Shown here one piece after another: positions 22,790-34,583 of a stretch of DNA of 64,000 nucleotides. A program made the position numbers and the translations under genes. The notes under the pieces were generated by a model. It had not been told where the DNA came from, did no database searches, and saw only the letters and a list, made by a program, of their open reading frames with translations. Source of the DNA: Blasia pusilla (taxonomy: Eukaryota); NCBI GenBank assembly GCA_050084515.1, contig CM114271.1, positions 62,001 through 126,000 on the forward strand. The letters are read 5' to 3'. Within the stretch, counting starts at the first letter, position 1, and the number at the start of each line of letters is the position of its first letter.

Positions 22790-25700
22790 AGAACTTAAGG
22801 TGTGGTACTTGCTGTCTGAATCGTATTGTCTGCGCTGCGCTTTTAGTTCCTTGACTAAAAGCGCTAAATGACTGCAACTCAACGTATCACAGATTGTCTG
22901 CAAGACATGTATAGTTGCGCATGCTGTAGATAATTCTGCTCCCATCGTTTCTCTATTCTCACCATGCTCGAATCGGTTTGGATCCGTCATTTCATGGATC
23001 GTTTGGTTGCGTGCAGGGCACAGTTGGGATCAAGTAAGCTGCGAGAAGTGCCGATATGCGACAAGAAACAAGGCAGATGTGTAGACCGTTCCATGGGCAT
23101 GCACCAAGTTCGCAATGCAGCTGAACTTAGCGCTAAATCTCACAGATGACCTAGAACTTTCACACTCCATTCGAAGTCCTTTTCTTGTCGGCAAAGATGT
23201 AACTATTTTATGTGAATCTCCGCATGGGCTGGTCAAGCCGACATAAATAATATACAACCCAAGTATTCATATTCACACTTTCGTATGTGGCATGGTCGCA
23301 CGCGTAGAACGCGAAAAGAAAAAGACTGGAGAACTTTGAAAGTTGTACAGACACATTTTTCATTTGGAAATTCTGTCATTGGGCTGAGCAGATTACCATG
23401 CATCATCGCACGCTGATGGCCAGCTGGCTTGTTCTCGAATCGCATGATCCTCAACTGTCAAATGACAACATAGGTAGAAACGGTGTCAAGGAAAATCAAA
23501 TCAATCCTGGAAACTGCATGGAAAGGATCGGCTCTAACAAGTCAAAGTCAAGACATTCCGTTGAATAGCATCAGTTGTAATGAGAGCTCTGTCGACTAAG
23601 TTAAATTTGTGGCTATTATTCCTGATATAGCGGGGTTGGGACTCTTTAAGAAAGCTTGCTTTCATCTCCAGCTAGGCTTCCCAACAAGTTGGACTTGATC
23701 TACTGATTCTTCTTCTTTTTCTTCGTTGGTCACGGGCCTGACAAAACTTCCGAGTACTATCGTAGTATCCTGGCCCGGCATTTTTGTTTTGTTGAAGATC
23801 GCCTTCCAAGTTCTCAGTCTGGAATCTTGTTTCCGGCAGGGATATGTGACAAAACATCAGGGGAGCAGCAATTCATTTTGTTCAAGGTCGACTTCCAAGT
23901 TCTCCGTCTAGAATCTGGAAGTTTGTCTCCGACCGGGTTATGTGACAAAACATCGGGGAAGCAATACTTCAGTCTTAGAAGTGTTTTATTTCATCAAATG
24001 CATGTTCATGTAATGAACCGTAAAAACGGATCACTTTATGACATGAATTATGGTCAAAAAACATCCCACATACGTGTGAACTTTGAAGTTTTTCCTCTTA
24101 CGCTCAATCCAAATATAGAATCCAAATATAGATTAGTGCTTCAAAGTTTAACTGTTCAACAATGTCCGGGGAGAACCGGGGTTACGTGTTGAGCTGGCCG
24201 GAAGAATTTGAAAATTTCCGATTCAGGTTGTCACTTACCGGCCAAAAACCGAGGGTTCAGGGAGGGTGTCCTTTGTATTAATATCTGTTTAGCCGGCTGG
24301 AATGAGGAAAACTTCGAAAAACGGTCGGGTTTTGAAATCGGTTTGACACTGCTGTTCAACGTAGAGCCACGGCTATCTATGGGTGACGGGGTGTCAACTT
24401 TGAATCTTTGAGCCGCAAGATTCGACAACCTTAAAGTCGACGCCCGGTCGGGCAAGGTAAGATTCATAAGAATAGAGGAGGGTCGTCGACTATTATTGGT
24501 CTACTATTTTGTGTGAGGACTCAGTCACACTCTTTGTCTACGTAGTGTAAAGTGAACGTTGGTTTCGAATAGATGTGGACGTCAATTCATGGGAAAAACG
24601 TACTGCCCGGGCATACCAAACTTGGAAAGTACAAAATGAGGCAAAAGTGGGATTCATTGCATCGGATAACATAAGTCATTGGATAAGAAGTAATATGCAG
24701 ACATACAACAATAACAATACATATAACCGTGATACTGCCCTTAAGAGTTAGTTTCTTTCACGCATCTGGACTTCATTTTTCTCTTACATTAGTAAATCAC
24801 CAAGCCTTCTTCTAGTTAACAGGATTTGGTTCATTATAGACAGCAGTGAGAAATGTCTTAATATTTGAAAAATGATTGTCACCGAGCCTGTCACTGTTTC
24901 AATTTGTAGTTTCAAAATGTGGCGAATATCAACGGTCGGTTCACAAATCGTAAGTTTAAACTCTGAGAAATCGTAAGTTGAAAGTGTGAGAAATAGAAAG
25001 ACTTCCGTATCTTGATGGGGTTGGTTAAGAACATGGTAATCCATGAAAGTCTGAATCTGAATATGACAAAATTGGAAGATATAGTACAAGACAAGGTGTA
25101 ATACAAATTATAAAAGAAGAATATTCGGTTCATGATATAAGACCAGACCTGAAATCGACCCATCAAGAGGAAATTCACTAGGGGCGACCATTTTTCTTCC
25201 CCGATATTTCTCAAAGATCACTCTTCACCTACTTCTTGACCTTAGTCACCTTACTACTTGTCTCGTCGAAATTTCACCGCAACTACTATGATTTTCTACT
25301 CTATTTAATTCTTTTGTTATTTCCTGTTTCAATTTTTTGTTTTACGAAATTTCTAAGTGGAACCGTAATTTGGTAGCTTTCAATAAAGAGGTTTGATTGA
25401 CGGATCCCAACTCTTAACTTATTAATGTCCGCCATGATGAATAATCCTAATCCTGCTCCATTTTTTTTGACAAGTGGTTTATTTCCGGTTTCGACGGGGC
25501 CCTACAAGGAGTTTATAATCGAATTCATGACAAACATCAATTTATCTTCCTAATCATTGAGATGTACCATTGAAATGTACCTGAAAGAGGTTTGACTCGA
25601 TCTTTACGAATTTCGCTCAACATCTCCGGTCCAAAAATGGGTCCTAACCACTCTATTCTTTATTGTAGGGTCCTCTCTTTGAATCAATGGAGGACCGAAA

Positions 25701-26859
25701 AATCAATAGATCCGAAAGCCTATATGCAAAGAGGATTCTATACGTCTGTTCTAGAGCCACTAAAAGATGCGTTACAAGTGTTCCGATCGAGCACCTTATA
25801 GATACCCCGCTCAAAGCCAATTCGGAATAAGTTTCAGTTCGATCGTGATTTGCAGGAGAAGTACAAATCTGGAGAGCCTCTGGAGTACCCGCTTACTCCC
25901 ACCAACACCAGGTTATCCCGCTACAATGGACATGAAATGTTCTTGCACCTATCTCGTAAGACACCCGTCTTTCCTTCAAACGAATTGGCAGACAGCTGAG
26001 AAATTGGAAGCCAGGAGGAGAAGAAGCATGCCGTCGAACAAGAACTCATTGATGAGGGCATGACGATGAGGTTTGGGTGGGGAGGAAACAAAATCAAAAC
26101 CGGAGCTTGCCGGAGAAAGGGGTTGTTCTGGAGGTGGATTGAAGGATGCCCAAAGACTGAAAACCCGACTAAATTAACCGCACGAAAATCGTGCCCAATC
26201 CCTATAATCCTGTGGGACATACTCTCGTTGCGACAGATGATCTTCAGCCGAATTTTGAAGCCGACGTTCGGCTGTGAGCGGTGTGCGATTCGACGTGATT
26301 TCGTTGCATTTGAAAACGGAGTTTTCGAGCCGTGCGGTGAACTCACAGTACGGCTCGAGTGTCGAGAACGACGTAGAAGAAACTCAAGCGAATCGCATCC
26401 AATCCAGTTTCTGTGGATTACTTCGGATTGTGAATCGTGGAAAAGGGTTTTAGACACTTTGTTCATTTATCATTCGGCTGGTGTGGATAAATTCACTTGA
26501 AACGTGTGCCCACCAAAAGCCAACGTACTAACTATCACTTGCGTGACCCAACTGTCACCTGCCCCACCAAATGAGACAATTTTCAAACGAGACCGTGTGT
26601 CAACTTTCAGGAGGCCGTTATAGGCGTCTGCACACGTGGCCAGAACAAAGTAATGGCCTGAGCGCGCGCCGCGCGTGGTGATACATTGCTGACTTACAGA
26701 AGACTACCCAGTGTCCAAACCTACATGACGAACGAGGCTCCGACAGGTTTTTTTAAGTACCCCCATATTGAATGAGAGCCACAAGCTCGATGAGAGCAAT
26801 TACGGCACTTGACATTCTGATGGCATATGATACAATATGGATGCTCTGGCCACTAAAGA

Positions 26860-27065
26860 CTTCAATAAAGAGATCGAAAGGCTCTCCGAATTCTGATGTT
26901 GTCTTATGATGATGTCAAGGAGAGACTCTCAAATCCTTCATTTGAAACATGCTTTCAAATGCAGAGACTTGGAATGTACTTGAAGCGGTTCATGCTAGCA
27001 CAAGCATGACCAGAAAACTGGTATTGCAAAGACTTAATTTACTCAATGAAGATGAGCTCGAGCCT
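26860..27065 (+). pseudogene. Probable copia-type gag (UBN2-like) relic
   Basis: RDRKAL..LMLS..AETWNVLEAVHASTSMTRKLVLQRL..MKM read across frameshifts. Confidence 0.45.
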
Positions 27066-27229
27066 CCACTATGCATTCTCACCTCAGCATTATGAAAACA
27101 TGGCGCCACTATGATGAATAGTGTGACCCAAGACTCCCTCTGAGGGACTTCATAAACTCTCTAGCCCCGAGAGAGGACGCCTACTTTTCTGAACTATGCA
27201 CACTCCTACTTGACGAAGAGAGAGAGGCG

Positions 27230-27678
27230 AATAGCGACCTTGCTGCCCAAGGAGGACAAGAGTGGGACTCTCAAGATGGTGCGCCTTGCACTCACATTGA
27301 ACGTCGTGGGTACCGTGTGTTGCAAGTAGACATAGTCTCCTAATGAAACCTCCAAATAGTAGGTGGATAACCACCTCCTGAATAGTTGCATTCTTCAAAG
27401 TATCTCGATGTTGTGCAATCACCAAGTTCTCAAACGCCATGGGCATCACTCTCAAAATAACTCAGCCCTCGAGAATATACTCGCATCCATAAATCAGGTC
27501 ATCAAGGTTCAACACCTCACCAACATCTCTACTGAATGGCCTTAAAGTAAATTTGGCTCGACCATAAAAAAGCAAGTCACGGTGAGAAAGTCGCTAGGAT
27601 GCTGCATGTTGAATCTGATCCCATCGCCAACCACGGCAATCAAGGTCCCAATCTCTAGGTGACTTCTCTGCAAGCCAT
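27230..27678 (-). mobile_element. Integrase C-terminal fragment related to the DNMT-gypsy family
   Basis: The reverse complement TTGCAGAGAAGTCACCTAGAGATTGGGACCTT..TGGTTGGCGATGGGAT matches 5579-5640. ORF text RVMPMAFENLVIAQHRDTL and TTFNVSARRTILRV parallels 5807-5970. Confidence 0.8.
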
Positions 27679-28658
27679 CAGGTAGAGAAGAAAAAAAAGT
27701 GGTTTTTATGACTAGAATTGAACGATTGAGGTTCTTCAGGACTTGAATATATGACTAGAATGTCCCTGGTCATACAATAGTCATATCTTTCACCAAAAGA
27801 AGGAAATATTAGTCATATTAGAACATTACTAAGTCCTACAATAAGTCTGCGTGATAGTTTAGTAATATATGAAATGACTTAGTAATCTTTTAGTGATATA
27901 TAAGCAAGATGTCTCAACTTCTAGTCATGTAAAATAGCAATATGACTCAATGACATGGATTTTTCTAGTTTGTTATTAATTTTAACATAGTTTTTCATTA
28001 GATATAAATATAGATATAAACTCACACTACTTTGTACTAAAAACATGGAAAAAAATTGGATGATAGATTTTATTCCTACCATTGGAGGGCAATATGAAGC
28101 GGGAGCAAAAATTAATAGGGTCTCACTAAGAGGGCGGGAAGCTTGGAGAAACCAAGGAAGAGATAGTACATACTAGACCGCGGCAAACAAGGGGGCGCGC
28201 GCGAACTAAGGAACTTGGTGCAAACATAGAGACAAATGACTCGTGCGCGGGAGGGAAAGGGATTGAGATAGGGTTTAGTGTGAGTTACATTGCTTTCTTG
28301 TGTGCACCAACTCAAGGTGTTTCAAATATTTGAGAGCTATTGTTTAGGTGATATGAGTGTGGGTGAGATCAGGTTAAAGCAATTTTGGTCCTCCATTGTA
28401 TACTTTTTGTACTTGAGCGAAAAGAGAAGATCGCAGTCGCGACAAGTTTAGAGAAGAGAAGATGAGGGAGACCAATTATACCTATTTTGGGAGAGGGGAG
28501 AGGAGCTAATGCTGTTGGCATTTTTCGAAACAAGTTCAGAGAGGTCTAGATGAAGGTGTTGTTTACTTCTCTGGATGGGCGTAAGAACAAGACCGGCAAC
28601 CTTTTTTGCAAGGTGAATTAGTTCACCTTAGACATGAGGTTCAATTTTGGAATTTTTC

Positions 28659-28769
<111 letters not shown>

Positions 28770-30123
28770 ACTCTCTCTTGAGAGCTCCCATATCATTCTG
28801 CTGCACTCATCACCATCTTTGTTTTGCTTGACATTCAGGTTGTTGTGTTCATGATAGAGACGTCTTTGCTGCTCTCCTCCGCTTTTGGCAGCTCAGGTTG
28901 TCAAGTTCACTTCATAGATTCGAACTACTGCAACGAAATGTGACTCGCTGCAAGTGAAGTTAAAGGTACTCATGGGTAGTGTTGATTAGTTTAATCAAAC
29001 AGCTGGTGCCCAAACTACTGAAGAAAATGAGAGAACTTAGAAAGATCTTGAATGTAATAATATCACTTCTTTAAACGACCGGGTGATATCCCTGTCTATG
29101 CGTGTGTTTGCGCGGAAGTGCTCGATCATTTGCACTATTTTTCTTGCCTTGTAGAATCCACGTCACCGATGAAATTAGTGATATCCGGACTTGGAGATTT
29201 TCTCTTGGAAGTCAAAGATGTAGATAAAGTTCCCCGCAATATCTACAACTATTGTTCCTACTGCATTTTCAATAGCTTTGCTTCTTTAGGAAAGTTGGTG
29301 AAGTCTAGTGTAGGTGTGACACTTTTTGAAATTCTCTGCTCAAACTCCTTGACTCATTCATTGACATGGTCTATCATTGAATTCACAAGATCCTCCATAT
29401 CAAATTGCAGTTTCCGCTGCTCTCTCAAACTTTTCATTTGCAAAGTCTGAGAATCGGTTCCCCTTGAACTTTGAGTCTCACTACCTTGTAGCCTTGCATT
29501 TGTGAAAGGAGCAAAAGCCAATGCTTGTGAGTTCTTTGAAATTGGTTCAACCTTAGTTGTATCTATAATTATAATTTCCTCATGCGTCTCTGGAGATGCA
29601 ATAAAATTTTCAGACTTACAAGGTGGAGTTGGGCTCTACCTCGTCATAGACCTCCTAAGTTTCTTCAAGTCATGTTGTAGCTGATACAAGTACTCATTTT
29701 TTTTTCGAGCTGCACTTGATAATATTGCAGCCCCTGAAGTAGTCAGTCTCTCTCATGTGCCCAAGAAGCATCCTCTCATGCAACCCACCAATTCTATGGA
29801 GTTCCTGATTTCCAGGCCCAAAGGTTCTAAGGGTCCTTTCATCTCGCTTAAGGTGGAGTTGGCTCTCTCCATGTATTTCCCTAGCCTCAAACTCACTACA
29901 ACAGACTTGAATTAAATTGTTCAAATTATTGTTGAATAATTTGAACATTTCTTTCCAGTTCCTTCCAAAGATCCAACATATTTAGCGGTCTCCTTAAGAT
30001 CTTCTAAGCTTTCCTTGTGAAGTTCTTCTATTATGCCTTCCAAATATGTACATCTCTTAGACAACTCTTGAACCTTCTTCATCAAATTCTCTATTTCTTT
30101 CTCGAGATTAGAGATTCTCTTGC

Positions 30124-30207
30124 TTTGACTCCTCAACTTTTCAATCGGATTCCTATTCAGCAATGCAAGCCTGAATAGGAATCCGATTGAAAAGTTGAGG
30201 AGTCAAA
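30124..30207. repeat. Perfect 37-bp inverted repeat with 10-nt loop
   Basis: TTTGACTCCTCAACTTTTCAATCGGATTCCTATTCAG / CAATGCAAGC / CTGAATAGGAATCCGATTGAAAAGTTGAGGAGTCAAA. Confidence 0.95.
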
Positions 30208-32549
30208 AATTCAGTTGGATCTTTTCGTAACATGGGTTTCTTAGCTACTTTCCCATTTAGTCTTGGGCCATCATTGTGGGTCCCATTTTGAGTTTCAATT
30301 GAAAAGTCTGGGGAAAGCCTTGAGTTTCTTTCAAGCCTCTGAATTTGTTTCTTAGCTTAGCAACAGTGTTGTAAGATCTATGTAATTCCTTCTCCATGGT
30401 CTTTATAGCTTCACCTTTGATGAGTAAACATTCGTTGCGTAGGATCGAGCAGAAGAGCTCTATGTGCATCATCAAGCACTTTGTCACACTGCTCTAGCCG
30501 CAAATAGACTTGTGCTCTATTTGTGTAAGCTAATTCACCGTGTTGACGGATCCCACCTTCATGGGGATAACATAGAGCTTCCCATGGATCACTCTCCCGA
30601 CATGACGCTTGCCCAATGTGATCTCAGGCAGAATAATATTCTTCAAGCCTTGACAATGTATCTACTAACATGTTATCCTTGCAGTTCAACTTGCAGTGCG
30701 TGAAGAGGTTGTTGAAGTGGAGGACAGCGCAATCGTGGGTCAGTTCAGAACGAGTTCCCACTCCGATTGGCGACGAGTCAAATCCGGGTAAGGGCTCTAA
30801 ATCCATATACAATTTGCCCTACTCCGACGGGTTGCATCTCTGCATGCAGCCCGTCGGATTGTCTGAGCTGGTAACTGCGGTGTTGCAATCCGTCTGAAAG
30901 CGACGGTTTGCAAATTTACCACAAGTCTCCATTGGATGAATGCGACCCGTCGAAAACCGACGGGTTGCAAGTGCTTATGCTTTTCCTTGTGTTTTTGGAA
31001 TGATGCAACTTGACCGAGAAAGCGACGGGTTGCTCTTAGCCAACCATGGGCTGCTCTAAGCCAGCAACGTGTCGACTTCCGACGGGTTGCTCATGGCAAA
31101 AAAAATCACTAACACTTGTAAAACAAGTCGTCGGACTCAGATAGGTTGCTCCAATGTTAGGACTATAACGAAGTTCTCTAGGGTTAAGCAAAGTTCTTTG
31201 GGGACGTGTTGCACATTGTGTCACCATACTGAGAGAAGACCAGCATTCAAGTAGCTCTTTCTTGTTGCTGATATTATTTCCAACCTGCTTCTTTACAAAT
31301 GGACCACTCCTATATTTACTGCTTTGCTCGGCCCGAGCACAACTTCCAAGTGTTTAAGATCCTCAATCCAGTGGATCCATGATCCGATGGGTACAACTTA
31401 GATAGCTTATACAATTCCCCCTCAGGAATTTACATGCAAGACGGTACCCCCATGCTTGGAGGAAGGGCAAAGTCGCCAGCCCTCATGCAAACGCTCATCA
31501 AGCTCTGCTCAGGGCGTGTGACTTGGTGTTCGACTTAGTGGGCCTTTTAGGGGCGAGTATTAGAGGCCCTTGGCATAGTGGTAGGAACATTCTTTGCCTT
31601 GAGGGAAGGCAAGACATGTTTGACCTTTGCAAAGAGGCAAAGCCAGATTACGACAGGCTAGTTAGGGCGTACAACTCTCCTCCGAAGCCGAGAGCTCCGG
31701 TTCCAGACCCACCATTGGTAGTGACACCATCGTCACTTCCCACGATTTCGAAAATCGGGAGGGCAAGGTCGACTGTAATTCTGGAAGAGCTCTCGGACGA
31801 TGACTCGTGAGTTCAAAAACTCAAGGACCTAGATTGACTACAACATTTTGGAGTAGGGATTTATTTGATGACGAGGCAGAAGAATTCATAGAATAGATCA
31901 AACGTAGAGTTCCAAGCTTCCTTAAGATGTAATAAAGGACAAGATTTTTTCGAACGATGATGGTGTTTGTAAAATTTTGCTGAGGTGCAACCTGTAAAAT
32001 TCCGACGGGTTGGGAGGGGTGCAGCTTCTCAGTTTCTCAGATTTAGGATCTGAATGAAGGGACATTAGTTCCTCTTTACTCTAGACAACTAACAATATTT
32101 TGGTTCAATTATTGTCTCGTATGTTCACGTTTCACAAAGTTGGTCTTTATTTGAACCTTTCGTTGAGATGAGATTGCTACTTCTCGTCAAATTATTTGCC
32201 AATGGTCCTCCAACAAAAATACCCCTGGGCACAGCTTACTGTAGACTGAGATAGGCAATGTGAAGAAACTTAGGCTCTTATGGAGAGTGATGGAAAAATT
32301 TTTGTAGTGGTCTTATGATGTCTACTTGTTTTTCGCCCCCTGAAAAAAGGAGGTTTCTTTAGGCCCAAATATGGACCACTACCTACTCTCTTCTAAAGAT
32401 TTCATGAATTTGAAAGCAAACAAAAATTTCAAATATGTCAAAAAGTTTTGAAGAGAGGAGGCGGATTTGGCCCTTTTTTTTAAAGAGAGACTCTCCTCTC
32501 TTCCTCTCCTCTCTTCCTCTATCCTACAAGAGTACCAGCCCTCCTTGTA

Positions 32550-34569
32550 GGAGAGTTAGATATGTTCTCCAGCGTACATTTTGGAGAACGTGTCTTTGTT
32601 GGGAGACACTCGTGCACGTGTGATGACGAGTGTGCATGAAGTGAGGTCTTGGTTAGGACATGTTGTGTTGCTAGATGGAGCGAGAGTTGGATCACGTGCC
32701 CATCGTGCACGACTGTGGTGGACGAACTTGATACCATCAGAGGTACTGAGTCAAGCATATGATAAAGTCCAGAGAGCACCACATCTCACAATGGATACTA
32801 TTTTGGGCTCACGGCGTTGATCTTAGGTGGTGACGCCGGATGATAGACCATTGTTGGCCATGGCCAATAGGGTGGGGGAGTTGAGGGCAGCCTTACCTAC
32901 GTTGGTGAGCTTCCCAACATCCCATGCCTTTTGTCAGGGAGGGCCAGGCATGATTTGGGATGAGGTGACCGGAGCATTGGAGGAGCCTATAGCACATGAG
33001 CGCGAGCGCGCCATGGGGTTTGCTACAAGTACTACGGCGGTGCCATGTATCACAGAGGCATCTCGGAGACAAGTGTTGGGGCAGGCAATGGACCTCAACT
33101 GTCTCACATGGATAGCCATCCTAGGTATGGCTGAGCAGAGACGGATGCGAGTGTCATCCATGTCGTCACGTCCACGAGTTGGACCATTGTCTACAGCGTC
33201 TGTAGAGGCATTGGCTGGGGACGGACGAGGAGAGATAGGCACCCATGGACTTCTTGGGACGTCGTTCGAGCGGAGAGTGCAAAGGCGTCCAAAGTAGCAC
33301 ATGTTCATTTTTTGGATGTAGAGCATGGTGTAGGAGGTCAGAGTGGAGTGGTTGTTGCGGAGATGGCTAGGGTTGCTACATAGCAACCAAAGCCAGAGGT
33401 TGCGTCCTCTCCAAGTGAGATCACAATGGAGACTTGGGAGCATGTGATAGGTCTCAAGTTGATAGGAGGAGAGCGACGGCGAGTTCATAGCTTTCTGAGA
33501 GGGCATGTTAGTTGTTTTGCCTTCAGTATGAGAGACTTGGGTACGCTGAAGGGTCCTAGGATACGGATTGAGCTGGCTAGTGATACGCTGATCTTTCCTC
33601 GACCCTACAGGTATTCTCATATGGAGCGAACCTTGATTCAGAGCAGGATTCAAGACTTGTTGGAGGCAGGCCTTGTGGAGTTATCACATGGGGAGTATGC
33701 ATCTGCCATAGTCATGCCGGCGAAGAAGGATATGTATGGCAATTGGACGGATAGGCAGATGTGTGGAGATTACCGTCCTATCAACCAACAGACGAGGTCA
33801 GATTGGTACGTCATGCCTACTCCTGAGGAGATCTTTGATGGGGTAGGGCATGCAAAGATCTTCAGTACTTTAGATCTCCGTGTTGGCTATCATACGCTTC
33901 CTATCAGGTTGGAGGACCGGGAGAAGACAACATTCTGGGGGATAGATTGGTTTGGGAGAGATTGCTTGTATTAGTGGCGGTTCTTACCGTTTGGGTTGAA
34001 GAATGCACCTGTAGAGTTTTAGAGAGTGATGGATAGGATTCTCACTGGCTTGGATTTTGAACGATGTTACATAGATGATATTCTTATCTTCACTTCCATG
34101 GTTGAGGAGCATGAGTGACACTTGGAGCAGGTGCTTCGGCGATTGTAGTTAGATGGACTGAAGTTACATCCAGGCAAGTGCAGATTCTTTCAAGAGCACA
34201 TTAAGTACTTGGGACACACCATATACTTGAGTGGGTAAGGCGTTCAGCAGACGAAGGTGGAGGCTATTACGCAGATTCCACGCCCTACAAATGTGAGTCA
34301 AGTCCGAGCAACATTGCCAAGGTGAAGTACAACTCCTACGCGGGAGAGTGCTTGGCTGCAGTGTGGGCCGTGGCACATTTCAAGTGCTATTTATTCAGAA
34401 ATCCTTTCACACTTATCAGTGATCATCAGCCGTTGAGGTGGTTGATGCAGTTCGACAAGCTTACAGGAAAGATTGCCATGTGGGCTCTATTACCACAGCA
34501 GTATGAGTTTAAGGTGGTTCATAGGTTAGGTTGGCTGAACCAAGATGCGGATGGGTTGAGTCGTAACCC
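32550..34569 (+). mobile_element. Diverged DNMT-gypsy relative: methyltransferase C-terminal half - RT - partial RNase H
   Basis: YILENVSL, VGSRAHRARLWWTNL, ERERAMGF and RRQVLGQAMDL. Then RT PYRYS, MCGDYRPIN, FSTLDLRVGYH, LPFGLKNAP, CYIDDILIF. Then RNase H ECLAAVWAV..SDHQPLRWL..DADGLSRNP. Confidence 0.92.
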
Positions 34570-34583
34570 TAAACCCTAAACCC
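34565..34583 (-). repeat. Short interstitial telomeric repeat (TTTAGGG, ~2.7 units) at a rearrangement junction
   Basis: The + strand reads AACCC-TAAACCC-TAAACCC exactly between the gypsy RNase H end and the inverted MULE segment. Confidence 0.75.

Noticed and set aside
22514-22990. 158-aa antisense ORF and 108-aa alternative-frame ORF over the peptide gene
   Set aside because: Shadow ORFs with no motifs. The signal-peptide frame explains the locus.
32934-33653. 239-aa minus-strand ORF
   Set aside because: Antisense shadow of the DNMT-RT region.
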